In this document: piece after piece, positions 46,709 through 56,765 of the stretch | Layout: the number at the start of each line of letters is the position of its first letter | Position numbering within the stretch: position 1 is the first letter of the stretch | Notes under the pieces: model-generated | Seen by the model: only the letters and a program-made list of their open reading frames with translations | The model's database searches: none | What the model was told of the DNA's origin: nothing | Assembly: GCA_031409655.1 (NCBI GenBank) | Contig: JANNXQ010000286.1 | Coordinates: 1-60,919 of the forward strand | Direction: 5' to 3' | From: Chthoniobacteraceae bacterium | Lineage (GTDB): Bacteria > Verrucomicrobiota > Verrucomicrobiia > Chthoniobacterales > Chthoniobacteraceae | Length of the DNA stretch: 60,919 nucleotides | Position numbers and translations under genes: made by a program

Positions 46709-48486
46709 TGGACGGCGAGGGCAGCGATGCGGCGGGTGATGAACTCCTGCACTTTCGGAATTTTGCAGTTCACGAGCAGTTCGGCGCCCCGGGCGATGTC
46801 GGCAGCGACGGCCGGTTCGGTCGCATACCAGAGGAGCAGGGGAATGTTTGGATCCTGCGCGTCTTCCTCATGCGCGGCGAGCGCGGACAAGATCGGCCAG
46901 CGTTGCGGAATCGCGATCCTGCCCGCTGCGGAGGCGAGGTAGAGGCGCACGACGGGCGACGGATCGTCCTGCGCGAGCCGCGCAAACTCCGCGAGCAACG
47001 CCTCCGCCGGACGCCCGTCTTCGCAGGTCAGTTGCACCGTCCATGCGCGGACGTATTCGCTCTTCGCCTTCAGGGCCTCCAGCGCGATCGCCTCGCTCAA
47101 TCCCGCCGTGCCGTGCAGCGCCCAGAGCGCGCGGAGTTGCCGCGTGTCGTCCGGATTTTCCGCGAGCATCTTGGCCAGCGCGGCGTGGACTTCCGGCTTT
47201 GGCCCGCGCTCCTGCAGGAGCCGCCGCGCGTGGCGCACGCACCAATCATTCGCATGGAGCTGCATCTCCACCAGCTCCGCGTCACTCGCCTTCGTCAGAT
47301 CGACCGTCGTCGGCTTCGCGCCTTCATAGACGATCTTGTAAATGCGCCCATTCGTCCGGTCGGTGAACTCGCGCTGCTGGTGACACGGCACCCGGTCATA
47401 CCAGTCATTGATGAAGACCGATCCGTCCGGCCCGTATTGCGGACTCAGCCCGCGATACCACGCGTCATTCGCCACGAGGAAATCCACATTGCGCTGACTC
47501 GCAAAGCCCGAGCCCACGCGCGCCAGCTTCTCATTGCGCAGCTTGTTCAGGTGGATGTCGTGAAAGAAAAAAGTGTCGCGCCATTCCGCCGGCCACTGCC
47601 CGCCGAGATAGATCATCGCCCCGCAATACGCCGCCTTCTCATACTTCCCCCAGGCGATCGTCTTGATGTCTTCGTAAGTGTAGGGATTGAAGTGCGCGCC
47701 CGCCTGCCGCTGATAGCGCCCGCCCTGGATCGCCTGCCACATGTGCGGCACCACACAGGCCGCGAAGAAGGCCTGCCCGTGGTCGTTCCAGTCGAGGCCC
47801 CACTGATTGCTCACGCCTTCCGCGTAGAGCTCAAATTTCTGCTTCGTCGGATGATACCGCCACACCCCCGCATTCACCCGCACGCGCTCGCCGTCCGGCG
47901 CGCCCGGCCGGCCCACCTTCGATTGCGTGAAGACGCCCTGCGTCCCATAGAGCCACCCATCCGGTCCCCAGATGAAATCATTCAGGGTCTCGTGCGTGTC
48001 CTCATGGCCCCAGCCATCGAGCACCTTCTCCGGCGGCCCATCGGCCACCGCATCGCCATCTCGATCCGGGATGAAAAGCAACTCCGGCGGCGACCCGAGC
48101 CACACGCCCCCAAAGCCCAGCGCGATCCCCGTCGTGAAAGTCGCCTTGTTGAAGAACACCGTGCGCTTCTCGAATTTCCCGTCGCCCTCCGCATCTTCGA
48201 AGACGAGCACCTTGTCCTTCGCCGCACCGGGGCACGTCGGGTAGTTCGTATTCTCCACTACCCAGAGCCGCCCGCGATCATCCATCGTGTAGGCCACTGG
48301 CTGCACCACGTCCGGCTCCGCCGCCACCACCTCGACGGAGAAGCCCGGCGGCAAAGTCATTGCCTTTGCTGCTTCCGCCGCCGGCCGCGCCGTCGTCGTC
48401 GCGATGGGACGCTTGGGATCTTTCAGCGGGCTCGCCGCGAAGACCGCGGACGTGAGGAGCAGCGAGACAAAGGGGAGGAGACGCAT
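46705..48486 (-). CDS. PVC-type membrane-bound dehydrogenase beta-propeller protein
   Basis: LPPGFSVEVVAAEPDVVQPVA..DDRGRLWV, WGPDGWLYG, GRIYKI, HEAT repeats. Confidence 0.88.
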   Translation of the reverse strand: MRLLPFVSLLLTSAVFAASPLKDPKRPIATTTARPAAEAAKAMTLPPGFSVEVVAAEPDVVQPVAYTMDDRGRLWVVENTNYPTCPGAAKDKVLVFEDAEGDGKFEKRTVFFNKATFTTGIALGFGGVWLGSPPELLFIPDRDGDAVADGPPEKVLDGWGHEDTHETLNDFIWGPDGWLYGTQGVFTQSKVGRPGAPDGERVRVNAGVWRYHPTKQKFELYAEGVSNQWGLDWNDHGQAFFAACVVPHMWQAIQGGRYQRQAGAHFNPYTYEDIKTIAWGKYEKAAYCGAMIYLGGQWPAEWRDTFFFHDIHLNKLRNEKLARVGSGFASQRNVDFLVANDAWYRGLSPQYGPDGSVFINDWYDRVPCHQQREFTDRTNGRIYKIVYEGAKPTTVDLTKASDAELVEMQLHANDWCVRHARRLLQERGPKPEVHAALAKMLAENPDDTRQLRALWALHGTAGLSEAIALEALKAKSEYVRAWTVQLTCEDGRPAEALLAEFARLAQDDPSPVVRLYLASAAGRIAIPQRWPILSALAAHEEDAQDPNIPLLLWYATEPAVAADIARGAELLVNCKIPKVQEFITRRIAALAVQ

Positions 48487-48604
48487 GGAGGGATACGAGC
48501 TTCAACGAAGCGTGGTCGTCAACTCCTCCCGTTGTCACTTTCTCGGCGTCGCGGAAAATGCCATCGGCAGCGCTGCCGTCTTCCCCTACAGGTGTGCCTT
48601 TCTC

Positions 48605-49360
48605 TTGAAACTCGGCTCCCTCGCTTCCGCTGCTCCGCTGACCTCCGATCACTGGCGGGTGATCGAGGCGCTCTTCGCGCATGTGCCGGACACGGCCTTC
48701 TTTGTCAAAGATGCGGCGGGGCGCTACCTGGCGGTGAATGCCTCGCTGGTCGAGCGCTGCGGCTTGCAGGATCGCGCGGAGTTGATCGGTCGGCGGCCCG
48801 ACGATGTCTTCCCGGGGGACTACGGGCGCATCCCGGCCGCGCAGGATGCGGCGGTCCTGCGCACGGGCCGGCCTTTGCACGATCACCTCGAGGTCCACTG
48901 GTCAGCGCGCGGGCGGCCTGGCTGGTGTCTCACGACGAAGCTGCCGCTGCGCGACGCGGCGGGGAAGATCGTCGGTCTCGTCGGCATCTCACGCGATATC
49001 GGGACGCCGGGCGATCGGGGAAGTATCCCGGCTGGGCTGGCGGAGGCGGTGGATTTTCTCGCGGAGAAATTTTCCGAACCGATCTCGCCTGCCGCGCTGG
49101 CGAAACGCGCGGGCCTGCCGCCGGTTCGTTTCGCGCGCGCGATCAAGCGCATCTTTCGGATCACGCCCAGCCAACTCATCACGCAGACGCGGCTCAGTGC
49201 CGCGGTGCGCCTGCTGGAGCAGAGTGACGACGGCGTGGCGGCCGTGGCGCTGGCCTGCGGCTTCTACGATCACAGCGCCTTCACCCGCGCGTTTCGCTCG
49301 GCCAGCGGGCAGACGCCCACGCAATTCCGCGCGCGCTGCCGGGCAGCCATGGCGCGCTGA
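48605..49360 (+). CDS. PAS-domain AraC-family regulator
   Basis: FFVKD..GRY, CLTTKLPL, CGFYDHSAFTRAF; start uncertain. Confidence 0.85.
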   Translation: MKLGSLASAAPLTSDHWRVIEALFAHVPDTAFFVKDAAGRYLAVNASLVERCGLQDRAELIGRRPDDVFPGDYGRIPAAQDAAVLRTGRPLHDHLEVHWSARGRPGWCLTTKLPLRDAAGKIVGLVGISRDIGTPGDRGSIPAGLAEAVDFLAEKFSEPISPAALAKRAGLPPVRFARAIKRIFRITPSQLITQTRLSAAVRLLEQSDDGVAAVALACGFYDHSAFTRAFRSASGQTPTQFRARCRAAMAR

Positions 49361-49379
49361 TTTCCCACCGAGCGCCGCG

Positions 49380-50405
49380 CTAGGGCCAGTCGAGGACGAC
49401 CTTGCCGGAGTTGCCTGACTGCATGGCCGCGAAGCCTTGCTCGAATTCCGTGTAAGGCAGCCGATGCGTGATCACCGGGCTGATATCCAGTCCGCTCTGG
49501 AGCATGACCGTCATTTTGTACCACGTCTCATACATCTCGCGGCCGTAGATGCCTTTGATCGTGAGCATATTGAAGATCACGGTATTCCAGTCGATGGCCA
49601 TCTCTTCGCTCGGGATGCCGAGTAGGGCGACCTTTCCGCCGTGGCTCATATTCGCGAGCATCGCGCGGAAGGCCGTGGGATTGCCGGACATCTCGAGGCC
49701 CACATCGAAGCCTTCGCTCATCCCGAGTTCCTTCTGCACGTCGGCCAGATCGCGCTCGCGGGCATTCACGGCCAGCGTCACGCCCATCTTTTTGGCAAGG
49801 TCGAGCCGGTAGGGATTGACATCCGTGATGACGACATGGCGCGCGCCCGCATGGCGCGCCACCGCGGCGCCCATGATGCCGATCGGCCCCGCCCCGGTGA
49901 CGAGCACGTCTTCGCCGAGCAGGCCAAAGCTGAGCGCGGTGTGGACGGCATTGCCAAAGGGATCGAAGATCGCGGCCACATCGAGCGCGATGCCGGGTTG
50001 CTGGTGCCAGACGTTGCTCATCGGCAGCGCCAGATATTCCGCAAAGGCACCGGGCCGATTCACGCCAACGCCCTGGGTGTGCGCGCAGAGATGGCGGCGG
50101 CCCGCGAGGCAATTGCGGCACCGCCCGCAGACCACGTGACCTTCACCGCTGACGATTTCGCCGGGAAAAAAGTCGTTCACATTTGCCCCGACAGCGACGA
50201 TCTCCCCGACGAATTCGTGTCCGACGACCATCGGCACCGGGATCGTCTTCCGCGCCCACGCGTCCCAATTGTAGATATGCAGATCGGTGCCACAGATGCC
50301 GGTCTTGCGCACTTTGATGAGGACATCATTGATGCCGCAGACGGGCTCGGGGACATCTTGCAGCCAGAGGCCGGGTTCGGACTTCGCTTTGACGAGGGCT
50401 TTCAT
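49380..50405 (-). CDS. tdh: L-threonine 3-dehydrogenase
   Basis: [38 protein letters not shown]. Confidence 0.95.
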   Translation of the reverse strand: MKALVKAKSEPGLWLQDVPEPVCGINDVLIKVRKTGICGTDLHIYNWDAWARKTIPVPMVVGHEFVGEIVAVGANVNDFFPGEIVSGEGHVVCGRCRNCLAGRRHLCAHTQGVGVNRPGAFAEYLALPMSNVWHQQPGIALDVAAIFDPFGNAVHTALSFGLLGEDVLVTGAGPIGIMGAAVARHAGARHVVITDVNPYRLDLAKKMGVTLAVNARERDLADVQKELGMSEGFDVGLEMSGNPTAFRAMLANMSHGGKVALLGIPSEEMAIDWNTVIFNMLTIKGIYGREMYETWYKMTVMLQSGLDISPVITHRLPYTEFEQGFAAMQSGNSGKVVLDWP

Positions 50406-50502
50406 AAAGGGGGAATTTGGAACCCCATGTAGAAGCACCGCTCCCGCCGCGGGAAGTGGAAATGCGAGCTATGACACACCCGCTCCCCGCGAGCTGGCCA
50501 GC

Positions 50503-51438
50503 CTACGGCACTTTCAAATCCGTCTGCGGCAGCGGGGCGCCTTCATGCACGAGTTGGCGGTAGGCGCGCGGCGGGATGCCGTAGGTCTTGCGAAAGGCGC
50601 GGCTGAAGGCGTAGAGCGACTCGAAGCCGCACTTTTCGCCGATGGCGCCGATATTAAACTCGCTCTTCTGCAGGAGCTGCGCGGCTTCGGAGAGGCGGCT
50701 GGTGCGCATGTAGCGGCCGAGGCTCACCCCGAGCCGATCTCGGAAGACGGCGCGTAGGTGGCTCACGCTGTAGTCGAGATCCGCGGCGATGTCGGAGATG
50801 GTCAGGGGCTTGTTGAGATGCGTGCGCACGTAGCCATTGATCCGCTCGAGGATCACGTCGCGCACGTCTTCGCTGGAGTGGATGTCGCGGCGCTCGGCGG
50901 GCAGTGGCTGGCAGCCGCCCAGATGGAGCAGCAGGCGGCTCAGCAGGTAGGAAATCTCGAGGGTGTCGAGGCCGTTCATGGCCTTCACCGTAAAGCCCTG
51001 GATCAAATCGTGGAGGAACTCGATGGCCCGCGGGTCGAGGACGCGCGGAGAGTCTCGCAGCGCGGCGACGGCTTCGGCGCTCTGGAGTTCGAAGGTGATG
51101 AAGAGCCACTCCATCTGGCTCTCCGAGGCGTCCAGGTAGTGGTGGAATTGATTCGGAAAAATGAGCGCGCATTCGCCGGGCTGCAGCGCATAGGTCACGC
51201 GATCGATGCGCACCGGCGCGGCGGTATCGAGCACGACCACGAGTTCAAAGCGGTGATGGAAATTTGCCGTGACTCCCACGGGGCGCATCGCCGCGGAATC
51301 CCGCCGCTGGAAGAAAATGATATTGTCCGGGGCCAGCGAGTGCTGGATCGCGATGCCGGAAAAAAAGCTCGGGGGCTTCGCGATCTCGCGGGCCAAGTGC
51401 CGCAGGGCCTGCAGGTTTTTGCGAGGAGTCGATTTCAC
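50503..51438 (-). CDS. AraC-family regulator with cupin domain
   Basis: HHRFEL...FPNQFHHY, CGFESLYAFSRAF; start uncertain (51438 or 51507). Confidence 0.85.
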   Translation of the reverse strand: MKSTPRKNLQALRHLAREIAKPPSFFSGIAIQHSLAPDNIIFFQRRDSAAMRPVGVTANFHHRFELVVVLDTAAPVRIDRVTYALQPGECALIFPNQFHHYLDASESQMEWLFITFELQSAEAVAALRDSPRVLDPRAIEFLHDLIQGFTVKAMNGLDTLEISYLLSRLLLHLGGCQPLPAERRDIHSSEDVRDVILERINGYVRTHLNKPLTISDIAADLDYSVSHLRAVFRDRLGVSLGRYMRTSRLSEAAQLLQKSEFNIGAIGEKCGFESLYAFSRAFRKTYGIPPRAYRQLVHEGAPLPQTDLKVP

Positions 51439-51630
51439 GAATGAATGAACGGGCCGCGTTTCATAGGGGGGAGTGGCAGGGTGATAAATTTTTTCGGAGC
51501 CTAGCATGGGTTTGGGGATCTCGCTGGGACTCTTGTATGGGGCACGCTGGCCCGGCTTCAAGCGTGACGCGGTCCGCGGCCGCACGCGGCTTGCGCTCGT
51601 CCCGGGCCGCCCCTATCACTCGCGCCCGTC

Positions 51631-53352
51631 ATGAAACTTTCACCGGAGAAAAAAATCGCGGGCCTGCTCGCGCCGCTCTTTGCCTTGCGGGGCGCCCACG
51701 ATCTCGGCGTCGGCGATGTCGGCGCGTTGCGGGAATTTGTCGAGTGGTCCGCGGCGCAGGGCTTTCATCTCGTGCAATTGCTCCCGGTGAATGAAATTGG
51801 CGGCGATCATTCTCCCTACAACGCCATTTCCTCGGTCGCGCTCGAACCATCGACCATCGAGATCACCACGGAGGCCGTGCTCGACCTCACGGCAGCGGAC
51901 CTGAAGGAGCTTGCCTCCCCCGCGAAACTCGCGCCGCTGCGCGCCGGTCCCGTCCTGTATCCAGAGGTCAAGGCGCTCAAGCTCCGCCTCCTCGAGCGCG
52001 CCTTCGAGCGTTTCCTCAGCGGGTCGTTGCGGACCCACGATGCCCGGGCGCGCCGCTTTCAAAAATTCTGCCGCGCCGAGGCCGCGTGGCTCGAGCCCTA
52101 CGCGCTCTTCCGCACGCTCATGGAGGAAAATGGCGGCACTGAGCGCTGGGACTGGTGGCCTGCGGAGCATCAGCATCCAAAGGCTGCCGCGCACTGGCTC
52201 GCCGCGCTCCCGGCCGCCCGGCGTCAGGCGCTCGAAGGCCGGGTGCGCTTCCGCAAATACGTCCAGTGGATCGCCTGGGAGCAATGGCGCGGGGCGCGCA
52301 AACACGCCGGGAAGTGCGGCGTCGCCCTCATGGGCGACATCCCTTTCGGCGTCAGCTACTACTCTGCCGATGTCTGGGCCGAGCGCGCCATTTTCAATCC
52401 AAAGTGGTGCGGCGGCTGCCCCCCGGAGCGTCTCCTGAAGGTCGATGAGTTCACGTTCAAGTGGGGCCAGAACTGGGGCATCCCGCTCTACCGTTGGGAC
52501 GTGTTGCGCGCCGCGGATTTCGCCTGGTGGCGGCAGCGCGTGAGCAAAGTGCGCGACGTCTTTCACCTCTTCCGCATCGATCACATTCTCGGAGTCTTCC
52601 GCATCTACGGCTTCCCCTGGCGCCCGGAGCGCAACGCGGAATTTCTGCCCCTCACCGAGGACGAGGCGAAAGTGCTCACGGGTGGCAAACTCCCACATTT
52701 CGTGGAGCACGCCGATGACACGCCCAAACATCAGGCCGCGAATCATGCGCAGGGTCTGGAAATCCTCAGCGCCCTGGTCGAGGAGAGCGGCCCGCACCGG
52801 CTCGTGGGTGAAGATCTCGGCATGGTGCCCGGATACGTGCGGCCTTGTCTGCACAACCTCGGGATCGCCGGTTTCAAAGTGCCGCAGTGGGAGATCGGTT
52901 CCGACGGACGCATGATCTCCGGCGCGAAGTACGATCGCCTTTCGCTCGCCACCTACGCCACGCACGATCATCCGCCGCTGCGCGCGATGTGGGACGATTG
53001 GATGACCGCCATCACCGCCGCCGAGACGGGTGATCATGGAACCTGGCCGGCGCGTGACGCCGCGTGGAGCGAAGCCCGCCGGATCGCGCACTGGTGCGGC
53101 TTTGAAGTGCCCCGCATCACGCCTTTCAGCGACGCCATCCACCAGCGGCTGCTGCACGGTCTCTTCGCCAGCGATTCGTGGATGGCCGTGCTCATGATCA
53201 CCGACCTGTTCGCGAGCGCGCAGCGTTTCAATGTTCCCGGCGCCGTGAGCGATGCGAACTGGACCGAGCGCATCGCCGTGCCGGTGGCGAAAATGCGCGC
53301 GCCCGGATGGATCAGAAAAATGCTCGCGGAAACAAGCCGGGGAGCGAAGTGA
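51631..53352 (+). CDS. malQ: 4-alpha-glucanotransferase (GH77)
   Basis: VQLLPVN..SPY, MGDIP, GQNWGIP, RIDHILG, GEDLG, THD, RFNVPG. Confidence 0.93.
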   Translation: MKLSPEKKIAGLLAPLFALRGAHDLGVGDVGALREFVEWSAAQGFHLVQLLPVNEIGGDHSPYNAISSVALEPSTIEITTEAVLDLTAADLKELASPAKLAPLRAGPVLYPEVKALKLRLLERAFERFLSGSLRTHDARARRFQKFCRAEAAWLEPYALFRTLMEENGGTERWDWWPAEHQHPKAAAHWLAALPAARRQALEGRVRFRKYVQWIAWEQWRGARKHAGKCGVALMGDIPFGVSYYSADVWAERAIFNPKWCGGCPPERLLKVDEFTFKWGQNWGIPLYRWDVLRAADFAWWRQRVSKVRDVFHLFRIDHILGVFRIYGFPWRPERNAEFLPLTEDEAKVLTGGKLPHFVEHADDTPKHQAANHAQGLEILSALVEESGPHRLVGEDLGMVPGYVRPCLHNLGIAGFKVPQWEIGSDGRMISGAKYDRLSLATYATHDHPPLRAMWDDWMTAITAAETGDHGTWPARDAAWSEARRIAHWCGFEVPRITPFSDAIHQRLLHGLFASDSWMAVLMITDLFASAQRFNVPGAVSDANWTERIAVPVAKMRAPGWIRKMLAETSRGAK

Positions 53353-53459
53353 CCACACCCAAGGCGGGAAGCTCGCCGCGCGGGGATTTGAAATCGGCAT
53401 TGCCCGTCCGCCTCCTTCGTGTTGAATCCCCGCCCTCACTTTAACCAACCCTCTCCTTC

Positions 53460-54446
53460 ATGAACGCTCCTCTTCGCATCGCAGTCACCGGCGCCGCCGG
53501 ACAGATCGGCTACTCCCTCCTTTTTCGCATCGCGTCGGGCGCGATGTTCGGCCCCGAGCAGCCGATCATCCTGCACTTGATCGAGATCGAGCCTGCGCTC
53601 GGAGCGCTGCAAGGCGTGGTGATGGAATTGCAAGACTGCGCCTTCCCGCTGCTCAAAGGGATCGTGGCCACGGCTTCGTTGGACGAAGGATTTCGCGGCG
53701 TGAATTGGGCGCTGCTCGTCGGCAGCGTGCCGCGCAAACAGGGCATGGAGCGCAAGGATTTGCTCGGGATCAACGGCAAGATCTTCATCGGCCAGGGTCA
53801 GGCCATCGAGCGCAATGCCGCCAAGGATGTGCGCATCCTGGTGGTCGGCAATCCGTGCAATACGAATTGCCTGATCGCGATGAACAACGCCCGGGGCATC
53901 CCCGCGGAGCGCTGGTTTGCGATGACCCGGCTCGACGAAAATCGCGCCAAGACCCAGCTCGCCCTCAAGGCCGGTGTGGACATCACCTCGGTGAGCAATC
54001 TCGCCATCTGGGGCAACCACTCGCCCACCATGTTCCCCGACTTTCCCAACGCCCGCATCGACGGCCGCCCCGCCACCGAAGTCATCAGCGACCACGCCTG
54101 GCTGCAAGGTGACTTCCTCACCACGGTGCAGCAGCGCGGTGCCGCGATCATCAAAGCGCGCGGCCTCAGCTCCGCCGCCAGCGCCGCAAATGCCGTCGTC
54201 GATACCGTCCGCTCCCTCACCACGCCGACCCGCGATGGCGACTGGCACAGCGTGGCCGTCTGCTCCCGCGGCGAATACGACGCCGACGCCGGCCTCATCT
54301 TCGGCTTCCCCATCCGCACCCTGAGCAACGGCTCCCACGAGATCGTGTCCGGCGTGCCGATCAACGAATTCTCCCGCGGCAAAATCGACTTCACCCGCGC
54401 CGAACTGCGCGAGGAAAAGTCGCTGGTCGCCGAGCTGCTCGGGTAA
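53460..54446 (+). CDS. mdh: Malate dehydrogenase
   Basis: [49 protein letters not shown]. Confidence 0.96.
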   Translation: MNAPLRIAVTGAAGQIGYSLLFRIASGAMFGPEQPIILHLIEIEPALGALQGVVMELQDCAFPLLKGIVATASLDEGFRGVNWALLVGSVPRKQGMERKDLLGINGKIFIGQGQAIERNAAKDVRILVVGNPCNTNCLIAMNNARGIPAERWFAMTRLDENRAKTQLALKAGVDITSVSNLAIWGNHSPTMFPDFPNARIDGRPATEVISDHAWLQGDFLTTVQQRGAAIIKARGLSSAASAANAVVDTVRSLTTPTRDGDWHSVAVCSRGEYDADAGLIFGFPIRTLSNGSHEIVSGVPINEFSRGKIDFTRAELREEKSLVAELLG

Positions 54447-54456
54447 CCGGGAAGCG

Positions 54457-54593
54457 CCCCGGGAGCGCCGCCGTCCCGTGCGGCATCGTCACCAAACGCG
54501 GAGCGCCTCCATCTCCCACTCCACTCGCCAAATTCGAGAATGCTCCGCGTTGAGCGTTTTGGTCTGCCGCACGGGACGGCGGCGCTCCCGGGG
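54457..54593. repeat. REP-like inverted pair, family A, between convergent genes
   Basis: ccccgggagcgccgccgtcccgtgcggca ... tgccgcacgggacggcggcgctcccgggg, 29-bp perfect arms. Confidence 0.88.
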
Positions 54594-54605
54594 GTGCTCC
54601 GCTCT

Positions 54606-56765
54606 TCAGAAGGCAAAGCCGAAACTGAAGTGGAACGCGCCACGTTCTTCGTCGGCTCGGGGGCTCGGGTTGAGGCCGTAGTCGAGGCGCAGCGGGCCCA
54701 CGGGCAGCTTGTAGCGCAAGCCCAAGCCGACGCCGGAGCGCAGGTCGTTCAGACCAGCATTGTCGAAGTCGGTCAGATTCCCGGCATCGACGAAGACCGC
54801 GCCTTGCAGCGCCTTCCAAAGCGGGAAGGTGAATTCGGCATTGAAGACGGTGTAAAATTCGCCGCCGAGCGGATTGCCGAGCTTGTCCTTGGGACCCAGT
54901 TCGCGCTCGGCAAAGCTGCGCACACTGTTGCCTCCGCCATTGAAGAAGCGCACATCGATCGGGATGCGATCGACGATGGGCGAGATGAGGCCGGCGCGTG
55001 CTCCGATGGCGAAGAGCGACTTTTTCCCGACCGGCAGGTAATAGGAAAAGCGCACCGTGCCGCGGGTGAAGGCGGGTTCGCCGTCGAGCAGGCCGTAGTC
55101 GATCGAGGTGGCGAGCACCAGGCCGCGCGTGGGATTGATGGCATTGTCGCGCCGATCGTAGGTCAGCGTGAGGCCGAAATCGGCGAGGAGATAGTCGGTC
55201 AGTCCGAGATCCGTGAGGGGAATGGTCGCTTCGGAGATCGTCACCTTTTCCATCCCGACGAACGCTGCGAGTTCGAGATTCGACGCGATCTGCCGGCCAA
55301 GATCGATCCGCAATCCGATTCCCGATTTTGAATAGCCCTCCTCATCGCGGGTCACGGAATAGAGCCGATTGCGCAAGGAGAAGCGGGAATCGAAAAGCCA
55401 CGGATCGACGTAGAGCAACTCTCCGAGCAGGCCGCGTTGCGACCATTCCGCCCCGAAGGTGAGCGGACGCCCGCGGCCGAAAAGATTCCGATCTCCGAGC
55501 CGCAGGCCGACCGTTGCGCCATCGTAAGTCCCGAAGCCCAAGGTAAAGCCGATCTCCTTTGCCGGCGCTTCCTCGGCGACCAGTTCGAGATCCACTTCGT
55601 CGCCCGCCTTCGCCACCGGATTCACCCGCAGATTGGTAAAGAGCCCGGTGCGCAGCATCTCGCGGAAGGTCTCATCGAGCTGCTCGGGATTGTACACCTT
55701 CCCCCGCAGATGCTCGAAACGCCGTGGCAGAAAGTCTTCCCGCAGCCGCCCCTGCGGATTGCTCACCCGCACCTCGCCGATGCGAAAGAGCAAGCCGGGC
55801 AGCACGGTGAAGGTGACGGGAACGCGGCCATCCGCGGACTTCTTCGGATCGGCCTCGGCCGTGACCGTCGCCTGAAAGTAACCGTGCGATTTGTAGAAGG
55901 ATTGCAGATTGCGCTGCATCGTCACGACCTTGCCCGCGGAGTAGGCGCCCTCCGGATCTTCCCCGAGCGCGGCACGGAGCGTCTCCGGCGGATAGACCGT
56001 CTTCGGATCTTCGATGCGCAGTTCGCCAAAGGTGTAGCGTTGCCCTTCCACCACCCGCACCGTCACCGCGGCGCGGGTGTTGTTTGCCGACATCACGATT
56101 TGCGCAGGATCGACGGTCGCGTTGAGGTAGCCCTCGGAGACGTAGAAATTGCGCACGCGATCCGCACCGTTCGCGATCTCGCCGGCATTGAACGGAAAGC
56201 GCTCCGGCTCCTTCGCCAGTTGCTCCGGCGTGGTGCCCGTCATGTATTCATTCAGCTTGGCCGCGGGAAAAGTGGGATTGCCGGTGAAGGTGACGCTGCT
56301 GAGCAGGGACCGCGGGCCTTCCTTCACGAGGAGGGTGAGGCGCGGGCCAGCGCTCCGGTAGGTCACCTCGACGCGCGCGAAACCGCTCTTTCGATAGTGA
56401 GCGCCGAGGTAGTAAGCCGCGTCGTCCGAGTGCGCGGGAGTGGGGCCATCGGCGAGCACCTCCTGGATCTGCGGCGCGAGGGCGGCGCGCAGTTGATCTT
56501 CCGGCAGCGTCGCGTTGCCTTCAAAGCGGACATTGTCTTTCGATTTGTCGGCCAGCGTCTGCGCGACGATGTCGGCTCCGGCGAGGGCGTTGGAAAGGTT
56601 GTTGTTTTGCGCGAGGGCGGACGAAGTCACGAGCAACGCAACGCCAAGGAGCAGGGGCGCCCCCGCCCCCAGGAGCCACTTGGGGCGAGGGCGCCCTGAC
56701 TCCTTGGCGGTGCGGCCTCTTTTTGGCGTCTTTGTTCGAGGTTCGAGGTTGGTCCGTCGCATCAC
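54606..56765 (-). CDS. Omp85-family outer membrane protein (TamA-like)
   Basis: POTRA repeats, FFNGGGNSVRSF, FVDAGN, PVGPLRLDYG, C-terminal Phe; coupled to tamB. Confidence 0.9.
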   Translation of the reverse strand: MMRRTNLEPRTKTPKRGRTAKESGRPRPKWLLGAGAPLLLGVALLVTSSALAQNNNLSNALAGADIVAQTLADKSKDNVRFEGNATLPEDQLRAALAPQIQEVLADGPTPAHSDDAAYYLGAHYRKSGFARVEVTYRSAGPRLTLLVKEGPRSLLSSVTFTGNPTFPAAKLNEYMTGTTPEQLAKEPERFPFNAGEIANGADRVRNFYVSEGYLNATVDPAQIVMSANNTRAAVTVRVVEGQRYTFGELRIEDPKTVYPPETLRAALGEDPEGAYSAGKVVTMQRNLQSFYKSHGYFQATVTAEADPKKSADGRVPVTFTVLPGLLFRIGEVRVSNPQGRLREDFLPRRFEHLRGKVYNPEQLDETFREMLRTGLFTNLRVNPVAKAGDEVDLELVAEEAPAKEIGFTLGFGTYDGATVGLRLGDRNLFGRGRPLTFGAEWSQRGLLGELLYVDPWLFDSRFSLRNRLYSVTRDEEGYSKSGIGLRIDLGRQIASNLELAAFVGMEKVTISEATIPLTDLGLTDYLLADFGLTLTYDRRDNAINPTRGLVLATSIDYGLLDGEPAFTRGTVRFSYYLPVGKKSLFAIGARAGLISPIVDRIPIDVRFFNGGGNSVRSFAERELGPKDKLGNPLGGEFYTVFNAEFTFPLWKALQGAVFVDAGNLTDFDNAGLNDLRSGVGLGLRYKLPVGPLRLDYGLNPSPRADEERGAFHFSFGFAF
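56642..56709. repeat. REP-like palindrome, family C, in-frame within the Omp85 leader
   Basis: ccaaggagcaggggcgcccccgcccc...ggggcgagggcgccctgactccttgg; related to 31349-31412. Confidence 0.8.

Noticed and set aside
46708..49227. 839-aa + strand ORF
   Set aside because: Antisense to the dehydrogenase gene and out of frame with the AraC gene; Arg-rich, non-coding character.
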